Virus genome (UHGV): UHGV-0148877
Direction: 5' to 3' (one strand)
DNA length: 40,227 nt
From: a virus
Shown here: in pieces, positions 27,393-35,206 of the stretch
How the letters are laid out: each line of letters starts with the position of its first letter
Numbering within the stretch: position 1 is the stretch's first letter
Translations under genes and position numbers: made by a program
Notes under the pieces: generated by a model
The model's database searches: none
Told to the model about the DNA's origin: nothing
The model's input: the letters and a program-made list of their open reading frames with translations, nothing else

Positions 27393-27734
27393 TCACACTA
27401 TTAATTTCGTTTCATGCCAGCCTTTAGTCACCCAGCATTGCGAGTCACCATTACAAGGGCATGAATTAACTGGAACTCTCTCGCCGCACTTACCGCAACG
27501 TTTTCTGCTGATCGATTTTATACGCCCGCGCACGCGTGCATCATCCTGGCGGATCAGTAACGCTATATACTCACCAAATTCGTAAGGCGCACGCCCGGGG
27601 CGACGCGTGGCACAGTTACGCTCCAGCATTTCAATTTCCTGAGCATCAAGCACAATTTCCAGCTTACGCACACCAGATGCAGCTTGTCTTGCTCTCTGAG
27701 CGGCTTTGCGCTCTGCTGCTGATTTAGCCATCAA
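27393..27734 (-). CDS. Small regulator-like protein with Cys-rich zinc-finger-like C-terminus
   Basis: 113 aa; basic N-terminal region then CGKCGERVPVNSCPCNGDSQC; last gene before the terminator that precedes TerS. Confidence 0.45.
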   Translation of the reverse strand: MMAKSAAERKAAQRARQAASGVRKLEIVLDAQEIEMLERNCATRRPGRAPYEFGEYIALLIRQDDARVRGRIKSISRKRCGKCGERVPVNSCPCNGDSQCWVTKGWHETKLIV

Positions 27735-28005
27735 TATTTACCTTTATCGCGTACACCTTTACCGGCTTATCGCCGAAGTGCGGATGTGTGATTGTTTTCA
27801 CTTCATATCCGTTATACGGGACATCAATTCTGCGACTGAAGTCGTCGCGCTTCGGATATCCCTTTGTGATAATCAGGCGGTCATACTTACGGTTAACGAG
27901 GCGCTTTTTCCAGTAGTCATTACACAGGCGATACTCTTCCGTTTTCTCTCCGCGAATCATGGCATCGAAGTATTCACCTTTAACGGCAAGTTGCAGGTTA
28001 GCCAC
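27724..28005 (-). CDS. DUF3850-like (ASCH-fold) protein
   Basis: About 93 aa from the GTG at 28005 (AGGTGG RBS), which removes the track's 137-nt overlap with the upstream gene; LAVKGEYFDAMIRGEKTEEYR matches the recalled DUF3850 N-terminal pattern. Confidence 0.45.
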   Translation of the reverse strand: MANLQLAVKGEYFDAMIRGEKTEEYRLCNDYWKKRLVNRKYDRLIITKGYPKRDDFSRRIDVPYNGYEVKTITHPHFGDKPVKVYAIKVNIDG

Positions 28006-28801
28006 GGTTAACCACCTGCTTCGGTGCTGCTGGCATTTCACGCCAGTGCGTAACTGAGTGCGGATCCGGATATTCGGTGCCATCATCCCAGCGATTACCA
28101 TTCCACATTGCAGACCACATCTCACCGTCTTCATACATGACCATTACCGGAATTAACTTATCCGGCATTCGCTCACTACAGCTTATCCAAGCATCCGGAG
28201 TTACCGGAGAATTGCCACCCTGAACAGTAGGCATATCCGGACCTTTGCGAATCGCCCTGGCAAGATCGATTGGGTCGTCGTACAACCAGTCACCTGTTTG
28301 CGGATGATTGGCTTCTGCCAATTGTGCAGCCCACTCCAGGCCGTCTTTGTGTCCTTGCAGATAGTCCAGCGGTAACTCATCACTATTACTTACAGGTTCG
28401 GCCTGAAGCATGGCGGCGCGATAGGCGTTCCAGCCGACAGCTTTTCCGTGTTCAAACGCGCTGTCAAAGTCATCATCCATTTCCATCGCAGCGGGCACAG
28501 ATACCGGCGCTGGAGGGACGGTGTAGAGCGGCATTACCTCAATATTGAAGATATCCCCCTCGCTTGGACACGCCTCTGCGCTACCGTAAACCCAAGGGTG
28601 AACGACTCCGTTACGCTTGTTGATTAATCTGTGCGCCCACGCCACAGGCTCCGCTTCGAGCGATGCCAGCGCGATACGCGCATTATTAATCAGGAGGCTA
28701 TCAGCAGGAGATAAAACAACATGAGCGTTTCCCTCCGCATCAATTTCAGAATTCGTAATTTTTCTGAACAGCTTTGCCAGTTCTTTGGTAATAGTGCTCA
28801 T
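27998..28801 (-). CDS. DUF551-domain protein
   Basis: 267 aa; C-terminal WISCSERMP...WDDGTEYP...VTHWREMP resembles the DUF551 signature recalled from lambdoid accessory regions. Confidence 0.55.
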   Translation of the reverse strand: MSTITKELAKLFRKITNSEIDAEGNAHVVLSPADSLLINNARIALASLEAEPVAWAHRLINKRNGVVHPWVYGSAEACPSEGDIFNIEVMPLYTVPPAPVSVPAAMEMDDDFDSAFEHGKAVGWNAYRAAMLQAEPVSNSDELPLDYLQGHKDGLEWAAQLAEANHPQTGDWLYDDPIDLARAIRKGPDMPTVQGGNSPVTPDAWISCSERMPDKLIPVMVMYEDGEMWSAMWNGNRWDDGTEYPDPHSVTHWREMPAAPKQVVNRG

Positions 28802-28804
28802 GGG

Positions 28805-29239
28805 TTAGTCCTCACCTTTCTGTTGCACTACCGGAACCGATAAATCGACGCACCAGGAGATAACGCCGAATTGATCATCGTTCTGCGCTTCACCCCAAAC
28901 GTAATATTTTGATCCTGGCCGACCCATTGCCGGGTCAAATACTTCTATGCCGCGTTCTGCCGTTAACGACATCAGAATCTGATGCAGGCCGCCTTTGATG
29001 TTCAGTGACGGAACGGTCAGGAAGTAAATAAACCCGTAAAGCAATTCGGCCTTGCGCTGGCTTCCGTAAAAATACGGGATTTTGTAATAATCCAGCGCGT
29101 CGTCGAGCCAGTCTGTTTTGTCGTGGAATTTCTGATGCCAGCGTTCCACTACCTCATCGACAGGTTGACCGGCAACCATTGCAACGCAGGTAGCCATGCA
29201 GGTGTTAAATGTTGGCTGCATTTGATGTTGAAGCATCAC
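28805..29239 (-). CDS. Hypothetical protein
   Basis: 144 aa ORF packed tightly in the nin-like block; N-terminal Cys cluster (NTCMATCVAM); no family recognised. Confidence 0.45.
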   Translation of the reverse strand: MMLQHQMQPTFNTCMATCVAMVAGQPVDEVVERWHQKFHDKTDWLDDALDYYKIPYFYGSQRKAELLYGFIYFLTVPSLNIKGGLHQILMSLTAERGIEVFDPAMGRPGSKYYVWGEAQNDDQFGVISWCVDLSVPVVQQKGED

Positions 29240-29931
29240 TCCCCCTTACCGATGCCGGCGGCGCGGTCTATGCGTTCGATTTCAGCCAGAATTAAAGCCC
29301 CTGCTTTTACCAGGTTGCGACGGCGGGCATTTGGCTTCCACCATGAAGCATCCCAAGGCCACCCCCACGGCTTGCCACCATTGCGGTTAACAGTTTCTGT
29401 TTCGTTTATGTAACAAACCGCCGCCATTGCCAGTTCCCCGTTGCAGTGTTCGTCATCATGCTCTGGCATCCACCCATCAACCGATTGTTGCCGCTGGCGC
29501 TCTGCTATCACATCCAGAATTGCAGGATTGAATGCACGCGCTTCCAGTTCAGCGATTCGCTTCTCTGCGGCTTCCAGCTCAACACGCAGCTTCCCTACAG
29601 TTAGCGCAATTTCCTCGTTCTCCTGATCGCGGCGTTTTATGTATTGCTGGTTTCTTTCCCGTTCATCCAGCAGCGCCAGCACGGTAGCTGGATTGGCTGC
29701 GGCGATGAATTCAGCATTGGCCTGCTGTTCCATTTGGAAATCTTCATAGAAACGGCTTTCTGGATGCGCTCCTTCAATTCTGCAAATAGGAATATATCCA
29801 GCAACCTCGCGATGAATTAGTGCATCATCACCATCAAATCGTCCCTCTCCATATTCGAGCGACCACACACCACACGTTGCTTTCTCTGCCTTTTCACGCA
29901 GTGCCTGATAGTCAATTGTCATTCTCGCCAT
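29236..29931 (-). CDS. Ead/Ea22-like protein
   Basis: 231 aa; central coiled-coil (KLRVELEAAEKRIAELEA) and C-terminal Trp-rich WGWPWDASWWKP, recalled as typical of Ead/Ea22-like proteins. Confidence 0.55.
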   Translation of the reverse strand: MARMTIDYQALREKAEKATCGVWSLEYGEGRFDGDDALIHREVAGYIPICRIEGAHPESRFYEDFQMEQQANAEFIAAANPATVLALLDERERNQQYIKRRDQENEEIALTVGKLRVELEAAEKRIAELEARAFNPAILDVIAERQRQQSVDGWMPEHDDEHCNGELAMAAVCYINETETVNRNGGKPWGWPWDASWWKPNARRRNLVKAGALILAEIERIDRAAGIGKGE

Positions 29932-30596
29932 CCTTCACAGTTGTAATCACTACAGCCTTCAAAATCATATGGGCTGTACTGCCAGGTTATTTTTCCGCAA
30001 TGCGGACAATTCCAACGCACCTTCCCGCTTCGCGACTTCTTTCTTCTGTTCTGCTCTTTCAACCAGTCAGGCATGACCAAACCTGCGCCCTGAACCATTG
30101 TTCTGCGATTAAAGTTATTGATATTGAACGTCCGGCGCTTTGCTGAATCAGCAATGGAAAATGGCAACCAAACTATTCCTGGTTCGTTTTTGTTGGCGAC
30201 GCTAAAGATGGTCGCTTTACTGAAGTCATCTGTTGGCAATCCACCGTGTTGAAGCCAGTAAACATCGTTGCCGTTCCAGCTACCTTTTTTGTAGGCCACA
30301 TACGCAGTGCAATCTGGCTCAATCAGGTTTTCTGTAGGGATGTACTGGCAATCAACGTGCCACACAGCCATTGCATCCACGATATCAGCGCAAACAGGCT
30401 GATCGATATCTCGACCACAATTCCAGGCTTTTTGGGCTTCTTCCAGCGTGTAAACATGAGCGCGATCGATATTAGAACTGTAACCATTGCCGTTATGGCA
30501 ATGGAATGAAGCGTTATTACCCACAGTTTCACGCAAGCACATCATGTAAAAGCGGTTATTCACTGGCTGCTTCCTTTGCGAATCTGTTCCGCCCAT
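29919..30596 (-). CDS. Hypothetical Cys-rich protein
   Basis: 225 aa (start uncertain; an internal ATG pair at 30545/30542 is an alternative); C-terminal WNCPHCGKITW...CSDYNCEGW zinc-ribbon-like motifs. Confidence 0.45.
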   Translation of the reverse strand: MGGTDSQRKQPVNNRFYMMCLRETVGNNASFHCHNGNGYSSNIDRAHVYTLEEAQKAWNCGRDIDQPVCADIVDAMAVWHVDCQYIPTENLIEPDCTAYVAYKKGSWNGNDVYWLQHGGLPTDDFSKATIFSVANKNEPGIVWLPFSIADSAKRRTFNINNFNRRTMVQGAGLVMPDWLKEQNRRKKSRSGKVRWNCPHCGKITWQYSPYDFEGCSDYNCEGWRE

Positions 30597-31141
30597 TCTT
30601 CAAGGGATTTCTCCGCATATTCACCAGACAGGCCATCAATCGGATGCGCTTCATTAGCCAACTCTTCTTTCGCTGACAAAATCATGCGTGTAACGTCGAA
30701 AACTTCACGCAAAGACTTATTGATAAATCCGTGATTGAACGCAGCAGCAAGACGGCTGGCGGTATAGTTAATCCCCTCGTTGCGTGCTTCCGCACGAATT
30801 TCAGACAGGAAAGCATCGGTGGCTGGGGTGTCTGATTGCATAGACTTTGCGCGATAATCATTCCACCCTCTTGCATATATGGGATTAACTTGCACCCCAT
30901 CTTTTACGCAATATGCCTGACCTCCACGGTTGATAACCTTGATTTCGTCCATAGCGCCAGACTTCAGCCCCGCATTCTCCGCCGCCAGCGCATTAGCACG
31001 CACCAGTTGCACTTCCAGTTGCGTTGCCAAATCGCTGATCAGCTTTGCCACACTACGCATATCAACGGCACCACATTCAGCTTTCAGTTCCGAAGCCATC
31101 TCATGCCCGGCGGCAACTAACCCTTTGATATTACTTTCCAT
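30560..31141 (-). CDS. Hypothetical protein
   Basis: 193 aa ORF in the nin-like block; no motif recognised. Confidence 0.45.
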   Translation of the reverse strand: MESNIKGLVAAGHEMASELKAECGAVDMRSVAKLISDLATQLEVQLVRANALAAENAGLKSGAMDEIKVINRGGQAYCVKDGVQVNPIYARGWNDYRAKSMQSDTPATDAFLSEIRAEARNEGINYTASRLAAAFNHGFINKSLREVFDVTRMILSAKEELANEAHPIDGLSGEYAEKSLEEWAEQIRKGSSQ

Positions 31142-31202
31142 CTTTACCCTCGCTTATCCACATAACTTATTGATTACATTGATAACTAAAAAGATCGTCG
31201 AT

Positions 31203-31547
31203 TCAGAACTTTTCGATGTTCCAGCCACCACCTGCTTTCTTTGGTTTAACCGTTACCCCGATGATTCGGAACGGATACTGATCTGCGGCGACTTTGGTTT
31301 TCACTCTGGCGTCGTCGGTCCAGAAACCTTTCACTTCGTGCAGTTCCATCTCGCCGGAGGCGAGCATCACAGCGAAATCGGGCGTATAAAACGTGTTATC
31401 AGCTAACCGCAGCTTGATACCCTCGAACCGATACCAGGCGATTTCCCCTGCACGTTTACGCTGCTCAAGGTGCTGGCAATACGCAGATTCTGTTTTGTTC
31501 ATCTGGCCTGTTTTGAGTCGACCAAGAGCCTGTATCTGTTTTCTCAT
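31203..31547 (-). CDS. Hypothetical protein (possibly DUF1064-like)
   Basis: 114 aa; first gene downstream of P; two operator palindromes lie at and just upstream of its start. Confidence 0.45.
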   Translation of the reverse strand: MRKQIQALGRLKTGQMNKTESAYCQHLEQRKRAGEIAWYRFEGIKLRLADNTFYTPDFAVMLASGEMELHEVKGFWTDDARVKTKVAADQYPFRIIGVTVKPKKAGGGWNIEKF

Positions 31548-31549
31548 GA

Positions 31550-31566
31550 TTTACCCCTGAGGTAAT
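31550..31566. promoter_or_regulatory. Operator palindrome TTTACC-CCTGA-GGTAAT
   Basis: Perfect TTACC-N5-GGTAA core abutting the start codon of the 31203-31547 gene. Confidence 0.5.
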
Positions 31567-31611
31567 TAAAAACCACATAAGACACGAAATCAATAGATTT
31601 TAGAATATTTT

Positions 31612-31628
31612 ATTACCCAGCAGGTAAT
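31612..31628. promoter_or_regulatory. Operator palindrome ATTACC-CAGCA-GGTAAT
   Basis: Perfect 6+6 inverted repeat with 5-bp spacer in the P to nin intergenic region. Confidence 0.55.
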
Positions 31629-31664
31629 CATCGAGACGTAAAAAAATGCGCTATCGCGCTGGTA

Positions 31665-32465
31665 TTACTTGATAAATCCTGCCGCCTTTCCCCGCCTGTA
31701 TTCCTCCATCAGCCACTGCGCCGGTGTTATTCCCCCAAGGGTGGCGGCGTTAGGCATGCACCCGAAACTTCGCCCTGGTGGATGGTAAACGTCTCTCCCT
31801 GTGTCCGGAGGTGTACTCATGGGTTCTGGCTTTGCCTGTATGCTGATCACCGGATCGGGTATCTGCTGTCCGGAAGCCACCTTTTTCGCCCAATCATCGA
31901 GCAGCCTGCGCGCGTGTTTCTCAACCTCAATCTCGCTAAGCTGGCGCTGATACATTGCACGGCGGGTATCACATACGACCCAGTACATAACCGGATGCCG
32001 CCACGGGAATCTTTCGGGACCACCAGGATATAAACTTTTTTCCTTGCTGTACCGGTGAAACTCCGCCATCACATCGTCAATGGTGACGCCAAGAACCATC
32101 TTGCTGTCTTTACACCACTTGATAAATTGCCCTGGCGACGGCCAGAACGGAGATTCACTGGCGCGGGCGTGGCGCATACCAGCAGAAACCTGTTCACGGG
32201 TTCGGATCCCCCCTTCGGCAAACGCAGCAATCCACTGCTGTTTTGCAGCAACTTCCTGCTCTGGCGTCTTCAGGTTGGTTACCACTGCCGCCGGAAACAG
32301 TTGTTTCAGCTGTTTGAAAAGGGCATCAACAAGCCTCTCTGCTGACATGTTCACTACGTTGTCATTGTTGGTGTACTGATGCTCATAACCTGACATGCGA
32401 GAAAGGGCTTCTCCGTCACGGTTTTGTATTGCGGTAAAAACGTTGTTCACAAGAAATCCTCCCAC
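31665..32465 (-). CDS. Replication protein P-like (DnaB helicase loader)
   Basis: 266 aa; block LFPAAVVTNLKTPEQEVAAKQQWIAAFAEGGIRTREQVSAGMRHARASESPFWPSPGQFIKWC closely parallels my recollection of lambda P. Confidence 0.75.
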   Translation of the reverse strand: MGGFLVNNVFTAIQNRDGEALSRMSGYEHQYTNNDNVVNMSAERLVDALFKQLKQLFPAAVVTNLKTPEQEVAAKQQWIAAFAEGGIRTREQVSAGMRHARASESPFWPSPGQFIKWCKDSKMVLGVTIDDVMAEFHRYSKEKSLYPGGPERFPWRHPVMYWVVCDTRRAMYQRQLSEIEVEKHARRLLDDWAKKVASGQQIPDPVISIQAKPEPMSTPPDTGRDVYHPPGRSFGCMPNAATLGGITPAQWLMEEYRRGKAAGFIK

Positions 32466-33262
32466 GCTTCAGGGCTGTTCCAGTGCGGAACGTTGTTATC
32501 AGGTAATGTTGATTGCTTCTGTCTGCTAATCTGCAGCCGCCTTGCCAGCTTCTGCTCCCACTGTGCCTGATGGTATGCCTTACCCTCAGCCATCCAGTAA
32601 ATTCTGAACTCTGCAAGTTCCTGTGCCGTTGGCAGACTGTCCAGGTAGATCCCCTGCAATGAGCTTTTCCGAAGAAAGTCATCTGATGGCTGCCATTTTT
32701 CATGCATGACAAATTTGCCTAATTGCCCTGGCCCACCAGGAGGAACAAAGTTATTCATCACGGCGTTGTTTGCGCCGGGGTCATGATGCACAGAATCCCC
32801 GTTTTTTGTCCTGCTCTCCCTCTCTTGGTTAAATGACTGGTTATATGACTGGTTCTGGATCCCGTTTTTGGGATCATTCAACATCCCGTTTTTGGGATCA
32901 TTCAACATCCCGTTTTTGGGTATATTCCCGTTTTCGGTAACATTACCGTTTTCGGGTTCATTGCCCCCCTCTCGGTTGCCTTTAATGTTCCCGTTTTTGG
33001 TTATATTAAGAGAGAAAACCCGCACTCTTTTTGTCGCTCCCTTTCTCTCCCCGGTATCTGAAATAAGCCCCATTTTCATGAGCGATATAAGTCCGGCCTG
33101 CACGGTTTTTTTATTCAGGCAAGTGTCTTTAACGAGGCGTTCTATGCTGGGGTAGCAGAGGTTATATTCATCGGCTCTGTCAGCCATCGAGAGCAGTATG
33201 AGCTTTAATGACGAGCTACCTGGATCTGTCTCCCAGGCCCAATCTGTTGCATGTCTGCTCAT
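32447..33262 (-). CDS. Replication initiator O-like protein (iteron-binding) with internal origin
   Basis: 271 aa; N-terminal HTH-like domain, central repetitive Asn/Gly-rich linker encoded by the iterons, C-terminal domain; directly upstream of and overlapping the P-like gene. Confidence 0.7.
   Translation of the reverse strand: MSRHATDWAWETDPGSSSLKLILLSMADRADEYNLCYPSIERLVKDTCLNKKTVQAGLISLMKMGLISDTGERKGATKRVRVFSLNITKNGNIKGNREGGNEPENGNVTENGNIPKNGMLNDPKNGMLNDPKNGIQNQSYNQSFNQERESRTKNGDSVHHDPGANNAVMNNFVPPGGPGQLGKFVMHEKWQPSDDFLRKSSLQGIYLDSLPTAQELAEFRIYWMAEGKAYHQAQWEQKLARRLQISRQKQSTLPDNNVPHWNSPEAWEDFL
32859..33005. repeat. Replication-origin iterons inside the O-like gene
   Basis: At least five direct repeats with core CCGTTTT(T/C)GG at roughly 24-bp spacing; the first two 24-mers ATCCCGTTTTTGGGATCATTCAAC are identical (32859-32882, 32883-32906). 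Confidence 0.7.
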
Positions 33263-33277
33263 GATTAATCTCCGCTA

Positions 33278-33478
33278 TCAGCTTGAATGTTGTGGGGAGG
33301 AATTAATCATGATCTGCTTAATCTCTGCCCTGATACGACGGTTTGATTCCATGGTGCACTCAACACAGTGTCCGTTGTAAACCCAGCGTTCACTGTCATG
33401 TCCGTGCTTACATGTTTTTCCGGTGTAGTAGCGTTTAAGTCCGCGCTTTGCGGCATCAATACGTGTAATGATTTCCAT
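33278..33478 (-). CDS. Small Cys-containing protein between cro-like and O genes (cII position)
   Basis: About 66 aa from the internal ATG at 33478 (MEIITRIDAAKRGLKRYYTGKTCKHGHDSERWVYNGHCVEC...); C-x3-H ... C-x2-C spacing suggests a zinc-binding motif. Confidence 0.4.
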   Translation of the reverse strand: MEIITRIDAAKRGLKRYYTGKTCKHGHDSERWVYNGHCVECTMESNRRIRAEIKQIMINSSPQHSS

Positions 33479-33557
33479 GGTAAGCCCTGTTATTAGTATT
33501 GGGATTACGGTTATTTTGTGCTGACACAAAAAAAAGATCAACCACATTTGGTTTTTT

Positions 33558-33574
33558 ATTACCTTTGAGGTGCG
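33558..33574. promoter_or_regulatory. Operator variant ATTACC-TTTGA-GGTGCG
   Basis: Perfect left half, variant right half (GGTGC, also seen at 33937-33942); upstream of the 33278-33478 gene. Confidence 0.35.
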
Positions 33575-33628
33575 AATAGATATGAAAAGACCGCCGGATG
33601 GCGGTCTACAGAGGGTTGTGGCTGGATA

Positions 33629-33859
33629 TCATGAGTAGAAGAAGTATGCCAGTTCTGCTTTTGAGCGCAGCCATTGTCTTGATTTACAGGCTTTAAAAAG
33701 CCCATCCATCAATACCTTACCTGGCATTTTGCGCTTACCTGTTAAGTGAGTCTGGATATAGTGACTCGTCGTTCCGGCTTCCTGTGCGAAGGCTTCACGC
33801 TCATCCGGAGTAAGTGCAAGCCAGTGCTTTTTGAAATCGAAATGTCCGTTATCGCTCAT
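33629..33859 (-). CDS. Cro-like early regulator (HTH)
   Basis: 76 aa; divergent from the repressor gene across a region with three operator palindromes; HTH-like segment EREAFAQEAGTTSHYIQTHLTG. Confidence 0.6.
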   Translation of the reverse strand: MSDNGHFDFKKHWLALTPDEREAFAQEAGTTSHYIQTHLTGKRKMPGKVLMDGLFKACKSRQWLRSKAELAYFFYS

Positions 33860-33894
33860 AGCTATTGCCTGATATTTATTTCAGATAATAAATA

Positions 33895-33959
33895 TTCACC
33901 TATAAGGTAACAAAAATCAAGGATAGTTACCCATGAGGTGCATTTACCTGTTGGGTAAT
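33895..33959. promoter_or_regulatory. Tripartite operator cluster between the cro-like and repressor genes
   Basis: Three palindrome copies: TTCACC-TATAA-GGTAAC (33895-33911), GTTACC-CATGA-GGTGCA (33926-33942), TTTACC-TGTTG-GGTAAT (33943-33959), in the 154-bp divergent intergenic region. Confidence 0.6.
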
Positions 33960-34013
33960 ATTGCTTTAAATTGAATCATCTTCTGATTCAGATATGAGGC
34001 GATTTTCCAGAAA

Positions 34014-34598
34014 ATGAAAAGTATCCAGGACGTCCGCAGGCAAAATCTCAACGACTTGATCGACCGTGAATTCAATGGTGTTCAGACGCGGATGGCTGAA
34101 AAACTTGGAACTCAGGCAAATCTGGTAAACCGCTGGGCTCTTGGCAAGAAGGTTATCGGCGACCAGGTTGCGCGAAAAATTGAAGCTGCCGCCAATAAAC
34201 CCCGTAACTGGCTTGATATCGATCGCTCGCTTTCTCAGGAAGGTTTTCAGCCTGTCGGCCCGAGTGATATAGGTCAGCTGGCTGCTCACAACCTGGAACG
34301 CTGGATGAGCGAAAGCCGCGACCTTTCAACGCAGGGAAAACTACACCGCGCATCCGGCGTCGCCCAGGTGACAATCAGCCGCCTGTTAAACAATGAGGTC
34401 AGCGTTTCCATTTCCACCCTGGAGAATGTTGCATCCGCATTCGGGCGTCATGGCTATGAATTACTGATTCACCCGCACGACCCTGCGACTATCAACTATG
34501 ACCGCTCGCGCTACGCATTGTTACCCGAAACCGAGAAAGCAAAGATCGAAAGTTACATTGAATTTGTCATCAACCAGAACGAAAAAAACAAACAATAA
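34014..34598 (+). CDS. Prophage repressor (CI-like, HTH; no S24 peptidase domain evident)
   Basis: 194 aa; N-terminal HTH (GVQTRMAEKLGTQANLVNRWALGKK) and a second HTH-like segment (ASGVAQVTISRLLNNE); divergent from cro-like gene; flanked by operator clusters; followed by a terminator. Confidence 0.7.
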   Translation: MKSIQDVRRQNLNDLIDREFNGVQTRMAEKLGTQANLVNRWALGKKVIGDQVARKIEAAANKPRNWLDIDRSLSQEGFQPVGPSDIGQLAAHNLERWMSESRDLSTQGKLHRASGVAQVTISRLLNNEVSVSISTLENVASAFGRHGYELLIHPHDPATINYDRSRYALLPETEKAKIESYIEFVINQNEKNKQ

Positions 34599-34616
34599 AA
34601 TCATATTTTTCAGTAA

Positions 34617-34643
34617 GTAAGCCGCCTTCTGGCGGCTTTTTTA
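34617..34643 (+). terminator. Intrinsic terminator after the repressor gene
   Basis: GCCGCC-TTCT-GGCGGC hairpin followed by TTTTTTATT. Confidence 0.65.
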
Positions 34644-34654
34644 TTGCCTACTCG

Positions 34655-34671
34655 ATTACCTAACGGGTAAT
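34655..34671. promoter_or_regulatory. Operator palindrome ATTACC-TAACG-GGTAAT
   Basis: Perfect 6+6 inverted repeat immediately after the repressor terminator. Confidence 0.55.
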
Positions 34672-34688
34672 TTTTTTAACTCATATCT

Positions 34689-34733
34689 ATTGACATCAAA
34701 CCAGATACGCATAATTATTACCTCAACGGTAAC
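34689..34733 (+). promoter_or_regulatory. Left-arm promoter region with TTGACA and operator ATTACC-TCAAC-GGTAAC
   Basis: TTGACA at 34689-34694; palindrome at 34717-34733; extra GGTAAC half-site at 34741-34746; precedes the first plus-strand early ORF. Confidence 0.5.
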
Positions 34734-34751
34734 AGACCGAGGTAACAAGTT

Positions 34752-34904
34752 ATGCAGTGGAAAATCATCAACGGTTGGTACTGCGTTACTGCATGCGGAT
34801 TCATGAGCTGGAAGTTCCGCACATTACAGGAAGGCATTAAGTGGGCTTTCGTCAGCAAAGAAGCTCGCGATGTAGCCAACGATAACGAGATATGGGAGGG
34901 CTGA
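34752..34904 (+). CDS. Small ORF, first in the left-arm early operon (below the ORF-track cut-off)
   Basis: 50 aa (MQWKIINGWYCVTACGFMSW...), GAGGTAACAAGTT upstream of the ATG; stop 2 nt before the next gene start. Confidence 0.25.
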   Translation: MQWKIINGWYCVTACGFMSWKFRTLQEGIKWAFVSKEARDVANDNEIWEG

Positions 34905-34906
34905 TA

Positions 34907-35206
34907 ATGAACGTTAATCAGCAGAAAAATCTTCAAAAAATCATGCTGGCATTCGACAAGGACTACCGTCTGTCAGAACAGCTATATGACCGACAAGTTG
35001 AACTGATTGAGAGTATCCGGCTTCATCAACTGGCATCAACTTTCGACGTTGTAACAGTTAAAGGCGTTCGCCAGGAAGTACTGGAGGCCGCTAAAGACAG
35101 CCCTGAGTTCGAAGAACTAATGGATGCCTACCGGCGCGAGGCAATGGCAATTATCGCCCGCTGGGATCTGGCTGATCAGCTTGATGGGCAGAGGGACGCG
35201 GCATGA
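34907..35206 (+). CDS. Hypothetical early protein
   Basis: 99 aa from the ATG at 34907 (GGGAGGG RBS); stop overlaps the start of the exonuclease gene (ATGA). Confidence 0.5.
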   Translation: MNVNQQKNLQKIMLAFDKDYRLSEQLYDRQVELIESIRLHQLASTFDVVTVKGVRQEVLEAAKDSPEFEELMDAYRREAMAIIARWDLADQLDGQRDAA

